Below are positions 30,827 through 40,464 of a stretch of 64,000 nt of DNA, piece after piece. A program made the translations under genes and the position numbers. Within the stretch, counting starts at the first letter, position 1. Each line of letters begins with the position of its first letter. The notes below the pieces were generated by a model that made no database searches, was not told where the DNA came from, and was given only the letters and a program-made list of their open reading frames with translations. Location: the NCBI GenBank assembly GCA_903909375.1, contig CAIVVM010000049.1, positions 16,568-80,567 on the forward strand, in the 5' to 3' direction. The DNA is from an uncultured Alphaproteobacteria bacterium (GTDB taxonomy: Bacteria; Pseudomonadota; Alphaproteobacteria; Caulobacterales; Caulobacteraceae).

Positions 30827-32125
30827 ATGTCCGACGCCACCCTTCACCCGGAAACCCTGGTCGTCCACGCTGGATGGCGGGCTGATCCCTCGACGGGCTC
30901 AGTGGCGGTGCCGATCCACCAGACGACGTCCTACCAGTTCCGCGACGCGGGCCATGCCGCTGCGCTCTTCTCGCTGTCCGAGCTGGGCAACATTTACACC
31001 CGCATCATGAACCCCACGACCGACGTGCTCGAAAAGCGTGTCGCGGCGCTGGAGGGCGGCGTGGGCGCTCTGGCTGTGGCGTCCGGGCAGGCGGCGTCGG
31101 CCTATGCGGTCCAGAACCTGGCGCGGGCGGGCGACAACATCGTGTCGTCCACCGCCCTTTACGGCGGCACCTGGAACCTGTTCGCCAACACGCTGAAGGA
31201 CCAGGGGATCGAGGTCCGCTTTGTCGATCCTGCCGACCCGGAAGCCTTCCGCCGCGCCACTGATGACCGCACGCGCGCCTACTACGCCGAGACCCTGCCG
31301 AACCCGAAACTCGAGGTCTTCCCCATCGCCGAGGTCGCCGCCATCGGCCGCGAGTTCGGCATTCCTCTGATCATGGACAATACCGCAGCCCCGCTGCTCT
31401 GCCGGCCGTTGGATCATGGCGCAGCCATCGTGGTCTATTCCGCCACCAAATACCTTGGCGGCCACGGCACCTCCATCGGCGGCCTGATCGTCGACGGCGG
31501 CAATTTCGACTGGGAGGCGAACCCCGAACGCCAACCCCAGCTCAACACGCCCGACGCCTCATATCACGGCGCCGTCTGGACCCAGGCGGTCAAACCGCTC
31601 GGCCCCATCGCCTACATCCTGCGCGCCCGGGTGATCCTGCTGCGCGACCTGGGCGCCGCCATTTCGCCGTTCAACGCCTTCCAGATCATCCAGGGGATCG
31701 AGACCCTGGCGCTGCGGATGGAGCGCCATTGCGCCAACGCTACAAAGGTCGCCGCCTGGCTGGCCGCGCGCGCTGGCATTACTCGCGTGATCCACCCCAG
31801 TCTGCAGACCGGCGAGGCCCGCGCCCGCGCCGATCGGAATCTCAAGGGCGGCTATGGCGGCCTTGTGGGCTTCGAAATGGCCGGCGGGGTCGAGGCCGGC
31901 GCCGCCTTCATCAACGCCCTGAAGCTGCTCTACCACGTGGCCAACATCGGCGACGCGCGAAGCCTGGCGATCCACCCGGCCTCCACCACCCATTCCCAGC
32001 TCACGCCCGACGAACAGGCCGCCACCGGGGTGACGCCGGGCTACGTGCGCCTGTCCATCGGCATTGAGCACGTGGACGACATCATCGCCGACCTTGATCA
32101 GGCGTTGAAGGCCGCGGGGATCTAG
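30827..32125 (+). CDS. metY: O-acetylhomoserine sulfhydrylase (PLP-dependent)
   Basis: PIHQTTSYQF, IYTRIMNPT, ASGQAA, SATKYLGGHG and ANIGDARSL; start at MSDATL. Confidence 0.92.
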   Translation: MSDATLHPETLVVHAGWRADPSTGSVAVPIHQTTSYQFRDAGHAAALFSLSELGNIYTRIMNPTTDVLEKRVAALEGGVGALAVASGQAASAYAVQNLARAGDNIVSSTALYGGTWNLFANTLKDQGIEVRFVDPADPEAFRRATDDRTRAYYAETLPNPKLEVFPIAEVAAIGREFGIPLIMDNTAAPLLCRPLDHGAAIVVYSATKYLGGHGTSIGGLIVDGGNFDWEANPERQPQLNTPDASYHGAVWTQAVKPLGPIAYILRARVILLRDLGAAISPFNAFQIIQGIETLALRMERHCANATKVAAWLAARAGITRVIHPSLQTGEARARADRNLKGGYGGLVGFEMAGGVEAGAAFINALKLLYHVANIGDARSLAIHPASTTHSQLTPDEQAATGVTPGYVRLSIGIEHVDDIIADLDQALKAAGI

Positions 32126-33195
32126 AAGCCCAGCGGCCGGTAGGGTCCAAGGATCAGCTGTTCGAACACGCCCACACCCACCTGATCGTCCCGGCCCGGC
32201 TGTGACAGAGTGGCGCGGCTGATGGCCTGGATGTGCAGGTTGCCGGGATCGGCGTGGTCGAAGTTCACCGTGTCCAGGTCCTCGCGCGCCACGGCCAGCT
32301 CGCCCTTGAGCGCACCGTGCCGCCACTCACCGCCATAACCGATGCCGCGCATCAGGAAGGTGGCTACAGGCTCGATCTTCACGGTCGCCTCGCCCTGCGC
32401 CAGGGGGATGATCAGTTTGCCGGATTTTGCGTGGCGGGTGCCGGGCAGGATTTCGGTCTCCATCACCGGGGCGTCGGAGTGATAGCCGCCCTCGGGTCCT
32501 GCGCCGTCCGGCAGGATCACAGCGCGGGTGTTCCAGGGCTTGCCGTCCGGATCGGCGTTGATGTGGAAATAGACGGATGTGTCGGCGAAATTCAGCGGGG
32601 TCCATTGCCAGAAGAATCCGGCGATCCCACCGCCTGGAGTAGGCTGGGTGTCGGGCGCGCCGACAGGACGGATGCCCCAGGAGCGGTCGCGCGTACCGAC
32701 CCAGCCGGATACCTCGATCCGCTCGCCGTCCACTTCCAGCCAGCCTGAAGCCCGCACGTTCTGGGTCAGGCGGGTATAGTCCATGAACAGGCGCGGGCCG
32801 TTGCGCTTGACGAAGCGCGGCTCCTCGATGGGAAAGGCGCGGCCCTCGAAGGTGATCTCGCCGGCGATGCCTTCCGTCTTCTGGACCGTCACCTTCAGCT
32901 TCTGCAGGGGCTCCAGGATGTCGATGGCGATCGGCCCCACCTTCAGGTCCAGCCGTTCCATCCCCAGGACGCGCGAGGCGTGCAGGCAACGCTCCTTGCC
33001 GTCCTTGACGATGGCGATGTGCGCATCGGCCACGTTCAGCGCCGGATAGACCCCGAAGGCGATGGCCGCGAACGCCGACCCATCCGGCGCATAGGCGTTG
33101 AAGAAGTAGCGGTCGTAGAAGTTCCGGTCCGAACCTGAATAGGCGATCGGCTCGGGTGTCTGGTGGATCGGATAGTCATCACCCTTGGTCAGCAT
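32122..33195 (-). CDS. Conserved hypothetical protein with a probable AttH/CrtC-like beta-barrel
   Basis: DDYPIHQTPEP, NFYDRYFFN and GTRDRSWG; beta-strand-rich pattern; high-GC codon usage; divergent from the P450. Confidence 0.7.
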   Translation of the reverse strand: MLTKGDDYPIHQTPEPIAYSGSDRNFYDRYFFNAYAPDGSAFAAIAFGVYPALNVADAHIAIVKDGKERCLHASRVLGMERLDLKVGPIAIDILEPLQKLKVTVQKTEGIAGEITFEGRAFPIEEPRFVKRNGPRLFMDYTRLTQNVRASGWLEVDGERIEVSGWVGTRDRSWGIRPVGAPDTQPTPGGGIAGFFWQWTPLNFADTSVYFHINADPDGKPWNTRAVILPDGAGPEGGYHSDAPVMETEILPGTRHAKSGKLIIPLAQGEATVKIEPVATFLMRGIGYGGEWRHGALKGELAVAREDLDTVNFDHADPGNLHIQAISRATLSQPGRDDQVGVGVFEQLILGPYRPLGF

Positions 33196-33331
33196 CGCAC
33201 GGCGTCTCCGGTTGACGCGCGGTCACACTTGCGGGCCGTCGCGTTGGGGGTATCAACTCCGCTAAGGATACGAACAATCAGACGGCGTCGTCTCGCGTGA
33301 CCTCACGTCAGGCCGCCTCCCCGGAGACCAA

Positions 33332-34630
33332 ATGTCCGCCACCACCGCTGCCGACCACATGATCCCCCAGGCCCATGCCGATCATCTGGCGATGCCGGCG
33401 GCCTATGCCGACAACCGGATCCACGACACCTACCGATGGCTGCGCGCCAACGAGCCCATGGGCATGGCCAAGATCGACGGCATTGACCCGTTCTGGGTGG
33501 CCACCAAACACGCCGACATCCTCGAGATCAGCCGCCAGAACGACCTGTTCCACAATGGCGACCGCGCCGCGACTCTCACCAGCCAGGCGGCGGACAAGCG
33601 CGTGCGCGAGATGATGGGCGGCAGCCCGCACCTGCTGCGCACCCTGGTGCAGATGGACGCGCCGGATCATCCCAAGTACCGGGCACTGACCCAGGGCTGG
33701 TTCATGCCGCAGAACCTGAAGAAGCTGGAAGAGCGCATTCGCGTGATCGCCCGCGCCTCGGTCGACAAGATGGCGGCCAAGGGCGGCGAGTGCGACTTCG
33801 TCAATGAGGTGGCGCTGCACTTCCCGCTGCACGTGATCATGACCATCCTGGGCGTGCCCGAGAGCGACGAGCCGCGGATGCTGAAGCTGACCCAGGAACT
33901 GTTCGGCGCCACCGATCCCGAGCTTGGCCGCAAGCCGAATGAAGCGCCGGCTACCGAGACCGGCGAGCCAGCCTTCGACATGGGCGTGATCATCGATTTC
34001 AACAACTATTTCAGCGCTCTGTCGGCCGCGCGCCGCGCCAATCCCACCGATGATCTGGCCTCGCTGATCGCCAACAGCCAGATCAACGGCGCGCCCATCT
34101 CCGACTTCGAGGCCATGGGCTATTACATCATCGTCGCCACGGCCGGCCACGACACCACCTCGTCATCGACGGCCGGCGCCATGTGGGCGCTGGTGGACAA
34201 TCCAGGCCAGCTTCGCAAGGTGAAAGCCGACCTGTCGCTGATCCCGGGCCTGGTGGATGAATCCATCCGCTGGACCACCCCGGTGAAGACCTTCATGCGC
34301 ACGCTCACCGCCGACACCGAGTTCGCCGGCCGCCAGATGAAGCAGAACGACTGGCTGATGCTCTGCTACGCCTCGGGCAACCGCGACGAAGAGGTCTTCG
34401 AGGCGCCCGACGAGTTCCGCGTGGACCGCTCGCCCAACAAGCATCTGGCGTTCGGCTACGGCGCCCACCTGTGCCTCGGCCAGCATCTGGCCAAGATGGA
34501 GATGCGCATCCTCTGGGAAGAGCTGCTGCCCAGACTTGAATCCGTCGAGATGGCCGGGACGCCTGCCATGAGCGAAAGCTTCTTCGTCAATGGACCCAAG
34601 CGCCTGCCCATCCGCTTCCGGATGAGCTGA
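33332..34630 (+). CDS. Cytochrome P450, CYP108-like
   Basis: I-helix AGHDTT, K-helix ESIR and haem motif FGYGAHLCLG; GGAG RBS. Confidence 0.93.
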   Translation: MSATTAADHMIPQAHADHLAMPAAYADNRIHDTYRWLRANEPMGMAKIDGIDPFWVATKHADILEISRQNDLFHNGDRAATLTSQAADKRVREMMGGSPHLLRTLVQMDAPDHPKYRALTQGWFMPQNLKKLEERIRVIARASVDKMAAKGGECDFVNEVALHFPLHVIMTILGVPESDEPRMLKLTQELFGATDPELGRKPNEAPATETGEPAFDMGVIIDFNNYFSALSAARRANPTDDLASLIANSQINGAPISDFEAMGYYIIVATAGHDTTSSSTAGAMWALVDNPGQLRKVKADLSLIPGLVDESIRWTTPVKTFMRTLTADTEFAGRQMKQNDWLMLCYASGNRDEEVFEAPDEFRVDRSPNKHLAFGYGAHLCLGQHLAKMEMRILWEELLPRLESVEMAGTPAMSESFFVNGPKRLPIRFRMS

Positions 34631-34638
34631 GCCTCACC

Positions 34639-35661
34639 TTGGCCCACGCGCTGGAACCGCGGCTGGCGGCCTATGTCGCCGGTCGCATGCCGCAGGCGTC
34701 CGGCGTCACGGTCTCGAATCTGGAGCGCATCTCGGGCGGCGCCTCGAGGGAGACGTACCGGTTTGTATTGTCCTGGACCGAAGCCGGCCAACCCACGTCG
34801 CGCAAACTCATCCTGCGACGCGATCCGCCCGCCAGCCTGATCGATACCGAGCGCCGGGTCGAGTTCGAGGCCTATCGCGCCTTTCACGGCTCCTCGGTTC
34901 CCGTGCCGGACATGCTCTGGCTGGAAGAGGCCTCCGACGCCCTCGACCACCCCTTCTTCATCGCCGGCGAGATCGCGGGCTTCCAGGCGGGCCCCGCGGC
35001 CCTGTTCGCCGGCGCGACCGAGGCGGTCCTGGCCCGGGTGGCCGAGCGTAAATGGACCATCCTGGGCGACATCGCCACAGCCGACCCGGCGCCCCTGGCC
35101 GCCATCCTGCCCACGCCCGCGCTGGACGACTGTTGGCGTCGCGAACTCGACCACTGGGCGGGCCTCATCGCCCGCGACGCCGACCACCCCCTGCCGATCA
35201 CTGAGGCCGCCATCCGCTGGCTGCGCGCCAACCCGCCGCCAGCGGCCCAGCGCCTCTCCATCGTCCACGGTGACTATCGAACCGGCAATTTCCTGTTCGA
35301 CGCCCACGGCGATATCCACGGCGTCCTCGACTGGGAAATGGCCCATCTGGGCGATCCGCTGGAAGATCTGGGCTGGAGCCTGCAGCCGGTCTGGACCTTC
35401 GGACGCTCAGGGATGGCAGGCGGCCTCTGCCCACCCGCCCAGGCCGTCGCCATCTGGGAACGCGCCTCCGGCCTCGTCGCCGATCCGGCGGCGTTGCACT
35501 GGTGGACCCTGTTCAACTGCGTCAAGGGCCAGGGCATCTGGGTGGGATCGGCCGCCGCCTTCAACTCGGGCGGCAACCGCGCCCCGATCATGATCTATCC
35601 GGCCTGGTGGCTGATCAACGCCCAGGAGCGCGCCATGGCCCAACTGATGGGACGCCTGTGA
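34639..35661 (+). CDS. APH-family phosphotransferase, LvaA / ACAD10-11 kinase-like
   Basis: SGGASRET, LILRRDP, Brenner motif HGDYRTGN, VLDWE and GDPLEDLGW. Confidence 0.85.
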   Translation: MAHALEPRLAAYVAGRMPQASGVTVSNLERISGGASRETYRFVLSWTEAGQPTSRKLILRRDPPASLIDTERRVEFEAYRAFHGSSVPVPDMLWLEEASDALDHPFFIAGEIAGFQAGPAALFAGATEAVLARVAERKWTILGDIATADPAPLAAILPTPALDDCWRRELDHWAGLIARDADHPLPITEAAIRWLRANPPPAAQRLSIVHGDYRTGNFLFDAHGDIHGVLDWEMAHLGDPLEDLGWSLQPVWTFGRSGMAGGLCPPAQAVAIWERASGLVADPAALHWWTLFNCVKGQGIWVGSAAAFNSGGNRAPIMIYPAWWLINAQERAMAQLMGRL

Positions 35662-36041
35662 CCCCGCCCACATCCGACGTCCTGCGTGAACTGGCCGCGC
35701 TGCTGCTGCGCAACGCCGCCCCCGGCGTGCCGGATGGCGAGCGCGCCAATGCGCTGGGCCTCACCGCCACCCTGCTGAACATCGCCGCCGAAACCTGGGA
35801 TGCCGCCGCCCACAATCTGGTGGAAGAGAACCGCGCGATCCGTGCCCTATTGGCCGAGACCGGCAATGACCCCGCCCTGCACCTCTCCGTCCTTCAGGCC
35901 GAGAACAACCGCCTTCGGTCCGCCCTCATCGGTCTCCACGCCCGCGCGGAGGCCGAGGGCGACGAGCCACTCCAGGCCCGCATCTGGGCCGAACTGATCG
36001 CCGGAACGGAGCGCCGCAGCCTCTCTACCGCGCCTATCTAG
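35658..36041 (+). CDS. Small all-helical protein, possible LvaB-like kinase partner
   Basis: GTG start overlaps the kinase stop (GTGA); 127 aa amphipathic helices (TPPTSDVLRELAALLL...LLNIAAE). Confidence 0.65.
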   Translation: MTPPTSDVLRELAALLLRNAAPGVPDGERANALGLTATLLNIAAETWDAAAHNLVEENRAIRALLAETGNDPALHLSVLQAENNRLRSALIGLHARAEAEGDEPLQARIWAELIAGTERRSLSTAPI

Positions 36042-36188
36042 GGCTGCATCCGCGTGAATGTATCCCAACCCCGAAGGCCGAGACCATGATCGTATGGCGT
36101 CTGGCTTCGCAGCATCGTCCAGGATGAGGCGCTCAGCGCATGAGAGGGCCTCTCGCCTCCGGGCGGAATGACCGGTAAAGCGCGACGC

Positions 36189-37328
36189 ATGATTGACGCC
36201 GTTGAACTGACCCGCGACCTGATCCGCCGCCCTTCGGTGACGCCCGCTGACGCCGGCGCCATGGATATCGTCGAGCAGACGCTTGCCGGGTTGGGCTTTG
36301 CCTGCCGCAGAATGAAATTCGGCGAGATCGAGAACCTCTACGCCCGCTACGGGACTGCCCGGCCCAACCTCTGCTTTGCCGGGCATACCGATGTGGTGCC
36401 GGTGGGCGATGTCGGCGCCTGGACGAAGGACGCTTTTGGCGCCGAGGTGATTGATGGCGTGCTGATCGGACGTGGCGCTGTGGACATGAAGAGCGCCATT
36501 GCCGCCTTCGCGGCTGCGGCCTCCGAGGCCATTGCTGCGGGTCAGGTTACCGGCTCGATCTCGTTCCTGATCACGGGCGACGAGGAGGGGATCGCCACCC
36601 ATGGCACAAAGCTGGTGGTCGAGTCGCTGGCCGCCGAGGGCGAGGTGATCGATCACTGTGTGGTGGGCGAACCCACCTCGGCCGAGACATTCGGTGACAT
36701 GGTCAAGGTGGGCCGGCGCGGGTCGATCAACGCCGAGATCCTGGTGGAAGGCATCCAGGGCCACGTGGCCTATCCCCATCGAGCGGCCAACCCTGTGCCC
36801 GTTCTGGTGAAACTTCTCTCGGCGCTGCAGGAGCGCAAGCTGGACGAGGGCTATGCCGAGTTCCAGCCCTCCAATCTCGAAGTCACCATGATCGACGCGC
36901 CCAACGCGGCAACCAATGTGATCCCCGGCGTAGCGCGGGCCAGGCTCAACATCCGCTTCAACCCAAACCACACGGGCCAGCAACTGGCCGACTGGTTCGA
37001 GCTGGAGGTCTGGCGCGCTTCAGTAGGGTTTGCCGGGAAAATCACTGTCACGCCCCAGATCAGCGGCGAGGCCTTTCTGACCGAGCGGGGCGCCTTTACC
37101 GATCTGGTGGCCGCCGCTGTAGCGGACGTCACCGGCGCGGCCCCGGAGTTGTCAACCTCAGGCGGCACGTCGGACGCCCGCTTCATCCGGGCGCTATGCC
37201 CGGTGATCGAAGTCGGGCTGGTGGGCAAGACCATGCACCAGGTGGATGAGCGCGCGCCCGTAGAGGAAATCCGTACCCTGCAGAAGGTCTATGCCCGGAT
37301 CATCCAGCGCTACTTCGCGCCGGCCTGA
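36189..37328 (+). CDS. dapE: Succinyl-diaminopimelate desuccinylase
   Basis: FAGHTDVVP, GRGAVDMK, TGDEEG, VGEPT, QGHVAYPH and GGTSDARF. Confidence 0.95.
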   Translation: MIDAVELTRDLIRRPSVTPADAGAMDIVEQTLAGLGFACRRMKFGEIENLYARYGTARPNLCFAGHTDVVPVGDVGAWTKDAFGAEVIDGVLIGRGAVDMKSAIAAFAAAASEAIAAGQVTGSISFLITGDEEGIATHGTKLVVESLAAEGEVIDHCVVGEPTSAETFGDMVKVGRRGSINAEILVEGIQGHVAYPHRAANPVPVLVKLLSALQERKLDEGYAEFQPSNLEVTMIDAPNAATNVIPGVARARLNIRFNPNHTGQQLADWFELEVWRASVGFAGKITVTPQISGEAFLTERGAFTDLVAAAVADVTGAAPELSTSGGTSDARFIRALCPVIEVGLVGKTMHQVDERAPVEEIRTLQKVYARIIQRYFAPA

Positions 37329-37331
37329 TCC

Positions 37332-38159
37332 CTATCGATTGCCGCCGATCAGGTCGCCGAGGCCGCCCAGAACCGAGCCCTCGCCACGGTTCCCGCCCTG
37401 TCCGCCCGCCGCCGCCAGCATCCGACCGGCAAGGCGCGAGAACGGCAAGGACTGGATCCAGACCTTTCCGGGGCCGCGCAAGCGGGCGAAGAACAGACCC
37501 TCGCCGCCGAACAGCACGCTCTTGACGCCGCCGGCCATCACCAGATCGAAATCGACGCTGGGCGTGTAGGCGGCCAGACAGCCGGTATCCACGTGCAGTT
37601 CCTCGCCGGCCGCCAGGGTGCGCTCGATCACAGTCCCGCCCATCTGGACAAACACCCAGCCGTCGCCCTCCAGCTTCTGCATGATGAAGCCTTCGCCCCC
37701 GAACAGGCCGGTCATCATGCGGCGCTGGAACTGGATACCGATGGAGACGCCGCGCGCGGCGGCCAGGAAACTGTCCTTCTGGCAGATCAGGCAGCCGCCC
37801 TGTTCCCCCAGATTGATCGGCAGGATCGCGCCCGGTGTCGGCGAGGCGAAGGCCACGCGGGCCTTGCCCCCTGCGTTGTGGGTGAAGACGGTGGTGAACA
37901 GGCTCTCGCCGGTGACCAGACGCTTGCCGGCGCCCAGCAGCTTGCCCATGAAGCCACCTTCCCCGCCTGCGCCGTCACCGAACACGGTGGTCATGCCGAT
38001 GCTGGCGTCCTTCCAGACAAGCGCGCCGGCTTCAGCCACGGCGCTCTCGCCGGGATCGAGCTCGATCTCCAGGAACTGCAGTTCCTGGCCCTTGATCTCG
38101 AAGTCGATGTCATCGGCGACGCTGGCGTTGCGGTGATGAACCCAGGGGCTCTGTGTCAT
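37332..38159 (-). CDS. TIGR00266 / AIM24 family protein
   Basis: AVAEAGAL, TGESLF, CQKDSFLAA, GLFGGEGF and GPGKVWIQSLP. Confidence 0.9.
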   Translation of the reverse strand: MTQSPWVHHRNASVADDIDFEIKGQELQFLEIELDPGESAVAEAGALVWKDASIGMTTVFGDGAGGEGGFMGKLLGAGKRLVTGESLFTTVFTHNAGGKARVAFASPTPGAILPINLGEQGGCLICQKDSFLAAARGVSIGIQFQRRMMTGLFGGEGFIMQKLEGDGWVFVQMGGTVIERTLAAGEELHVDTGCLAAYTPSVDFDLVMAGGVKSVLFGGEGLFFARLRGPGKVWIQSLPFSRLAGRMLAAAGGQGGNRGEGSVLGGLGDLIGGNR

Positions 38160-38170
38160 GACGGAGGTCC

Positions 38171-38932
38171 TCAAGATGTTGAAGGAGATGCCGGCTGATA
38201 GCCGACGTGGGTAAGGTAGAGGCCGTCAGGCGGGGCCACCGGGCCACAGGCCCTGCGGTCCCGCGCGGCCAGGGCGGCGGCGACATCGGCCCGGCTCCAG
38301 CGCCCCACGCCCACCTGCGCCAGGGTGCCGGTCATGGAGCGCACCTGTCGGTGCAGAAACGAGCGCGAGGCGAAATCCAGGATCACCTCATCGCCCTCCC
38401 GGCGCACGGTGGCGATATCCAGGGTCTTCATCGGCGACCTGGCCTGGCAGGCCAGGTCGCGGAAGGTGGTGAAGTCGTGGTGGCCCAGCAGCGCCTGGGC
38501 GGCGTCGTGCATGGCCTGTGCATCAAGGGGTTTGCGCACATACCAGACCCGGCCCTGATCCAGCGCCGGCGGGCTCTGCCGATTGAGAATGCGATAGCGG
38601 TAGCGCCGCTCGAGAGCCGAAAACCGGGCATGCCAGCCTTCCGGGGCCTTAGTGGCCTCCAGCACGCAGACGGGCCGGGGCATCAGGTGGGCGTTCAGCG
38701 CCTTGCGCACCGTATCCGCCGGCCAGTCCCGGGCAAGGTCGACATGGACGACCTGACCGGTGGCGTGGACGCCGGTGTCGGTCCGGCCCGCCGCCTGGAC
38801 CCGGACGGTCTCACCGCTGAACCCCAGAACTGCGGCCTCCAGCGCGCCCTGCACGGAGGGCAATCCGGCCTGGGTCTGATAGCCGCAGAACGGACGGCCG
38901 TCATATTCGATCAGGAGGCGATAGCGCGGCAT
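38171..38932 (-). CDS. truA: tRNA pseudouridine(38-40) synthase TruA
   Basis: [29 protein letters not shown] and APPDGLYL. Confidence 0.96.
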   Translation of the reverse strand: MPRYRLLIEYDGRPFCGYQTQAGLPSVQGALEAAVLGFSGETVRVQAAGRTDTGVHATGQVVHVDLARDWPADTVRKALNAHLMPRPVCVLEATKAPEGWHARFSALERRYRYRILNRQSPPALDQGRVWYVRKPLDAQAMHDAAQALLGHHDFTTFRDLACQARSPMKTLDIATVRREGDEVILDFASRSFLHRQVRSMTGTLAQVGVGRWSRADVAAALAARDRRACGPVAPPDGLYLTHVGYQPASPSTS

Positions 38933-39858
38933 CAGCTCAGCCGAACGCCAGCGGCCACCGGCGTCCCCCTGAGGAAGACCTCGGCATCCTGCGGGCCGCG
39001 GCCTTCGCGTTGCACCCTGAGCAGGCGCACAGCGCCCTGGCCTGTCGCCACCAGCAGCCGATCGTCGAGGGTGACGCCTGGCGCGCCGCCAGTGTCCTCG
39101 AACGCCGAGAGCAGAGCTTTTACGCGCACAGGCCCTTTCTCCGACGGCAGTTCGAACCAGGCGCCCGGCGCCGGCGACATGCCCCGGATCTTGGCGTCCA
39201 GCACGGGCCCGGGCTTGGTCCAGTCCAGCCGCGCATGCCTGGGACTGATCTTGCGGGCGTAGGTGACGCCATCACCGGCCTGAGGGGTTTCCACGGCGCG
39301 CCCGGCGGCGATGTCGGCCAGGGTGCGGACGAGGAGGTCCGCGCCAATCGGGGCCAGCCGTTCAAACAGGGTCGCGGTCGTTTCCAGCGCGTCGATCCGG
39401 ACCGTTGCGGTGGCCAGAACCGGGCCTTCGTCCAGCCCCTCAGTCATGCGCATGACCTGCACGCCGGTAACCGCGTCGCCGGCCATGATCGCCCGCTGGA
39501 TCGGCGCGGCGCCCCGCCAGCGTGGTAACAGCGAGCCGTGGAGGTTGAACGACCCCAATCGTGGTGCGTCGAGCACCCCGCCCGGCAGGATCTGACCGAA
39601 CGCCACCACGACGGCGGCGTCGAGGTTGAGGGCGGCGAAGGCGGCGATCTCGGCGGGATCGCGCATCGAGGCGGGTGTACGCACCATCAGGCCATGACTG
39701 TCGGCGAAGGCATGAACCGGCGAAGGCTTCAGGTCATGCCCGCGCCCGCGCGGCGCCGGCGGCTGGGTATAGACGCAGGCCACCTCATGCCCCGCCGCCA
39801 GGATGGCGCTCAGGCTGGCGACAGCAAAATCCGGGGTGCCGAGGAAGGCGAGACGCAT
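38932..39858 (-). CDS. fmt: Methionyl-tRNA formyltransferase
   Basis: [31 protein letters not shown] and GLDEGP. Confidence 0.96.
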   Translation of the reverse strand: MRLAFLGTPDFAVASLSAILAAGHEVACVYTQPPAPRGRGHDLKPSPVHAFADSHGLMVRTPASMRDPAEIAAFAALNLDAAVVVAFGQILPGGVLDAPRLGSFNLHGSLLPRWRGAAPIQRAIMAGDAVTGVQVMRMTEGLDEGPVLATATVRIDALETTATLFERLAPIGADLLVRTLADIAAGRAVETPQAGDGVTYARKISPRHARLDWTKPGPVLDAKIRGMSPAPGAWFELPSEKGPVRVKALLSAFEDTGGAPGVTLDDRLLVATGQGAVRLLRVQREGRGPQDAEVFLRGTPVAAGVRLS

Positions 39859-39905
39859 GGTCGGGGTTTAGCGCGTGGACGGGGCGAAGGCGAGGATCGC
39901 CCGGC

Positions 39906-40412
39906 TTACGCCCGCACCAGCTTCTTGACCTTCTTGATCGCCTGCTCGCGCTTCAGTCGGGACAGGTGATCGATGAACAGCACGCCTTCAAGGTGGTCCA
40001 TCTCATGCTGGATGCAGACGGCGAACATGCCGTCGGCGTCTTCCTCGACTGCCTCGCCCTGATAGTTCAGGTACTTGAGCTTCACGCGGGCCGGCCGTTC
40101 GACCTCATCATAATACTCCGGCACGGAGAGGCAGCCTTCCTCGTAGGGTGCGGTGTCGTCCGAGGCCCAGACGATCTCGGGATTGACGAAATAGCGCGGC
40201 GCCCTGGGTTCGTCCTTGCCCGACAGGTCCATCACGATCACCCGCTTGGGCACACCGATCTGCACCGCCGCCAGGCCGATGCCCGGCGCGTCGTACATGG
40301 TCTCCAGCATGTCATCCATCAGGGCGCGCAGGGCGTCGTCGACCACATCAACGGGCGTTGACACCTGTTTCAGCACAGGGTGGGGGACGACAAGGATCTC
40401 TCGGATAGCCAT
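39906..40412 (-). CDS. def: Peptide deformylase
   Basis: [13 protein letters not shown] and QHEMDHL. Confidence 0.97.
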   Translation of the reverse strand: MAIREILVVPHPVLKQVSTPVDVVDDALRALMDDMLETMYDAPGIGLAAVQIGVPKRVIVMDLSGKDEPRAPRYFVNPEIVWASDDTAPYEEGCLSVPEYYDEVERPARVKLKYLNYQGEAVEEDADGMFAVCIQHEMDHLEGVLFIDHLSRLKREQAIKKVKKLVRA

Positions 40413-40464
40413 GGCGCGGACGTAAGGTCGCTATCTGCAGGCGTCAAGGTGCGTGACCCTGGTG

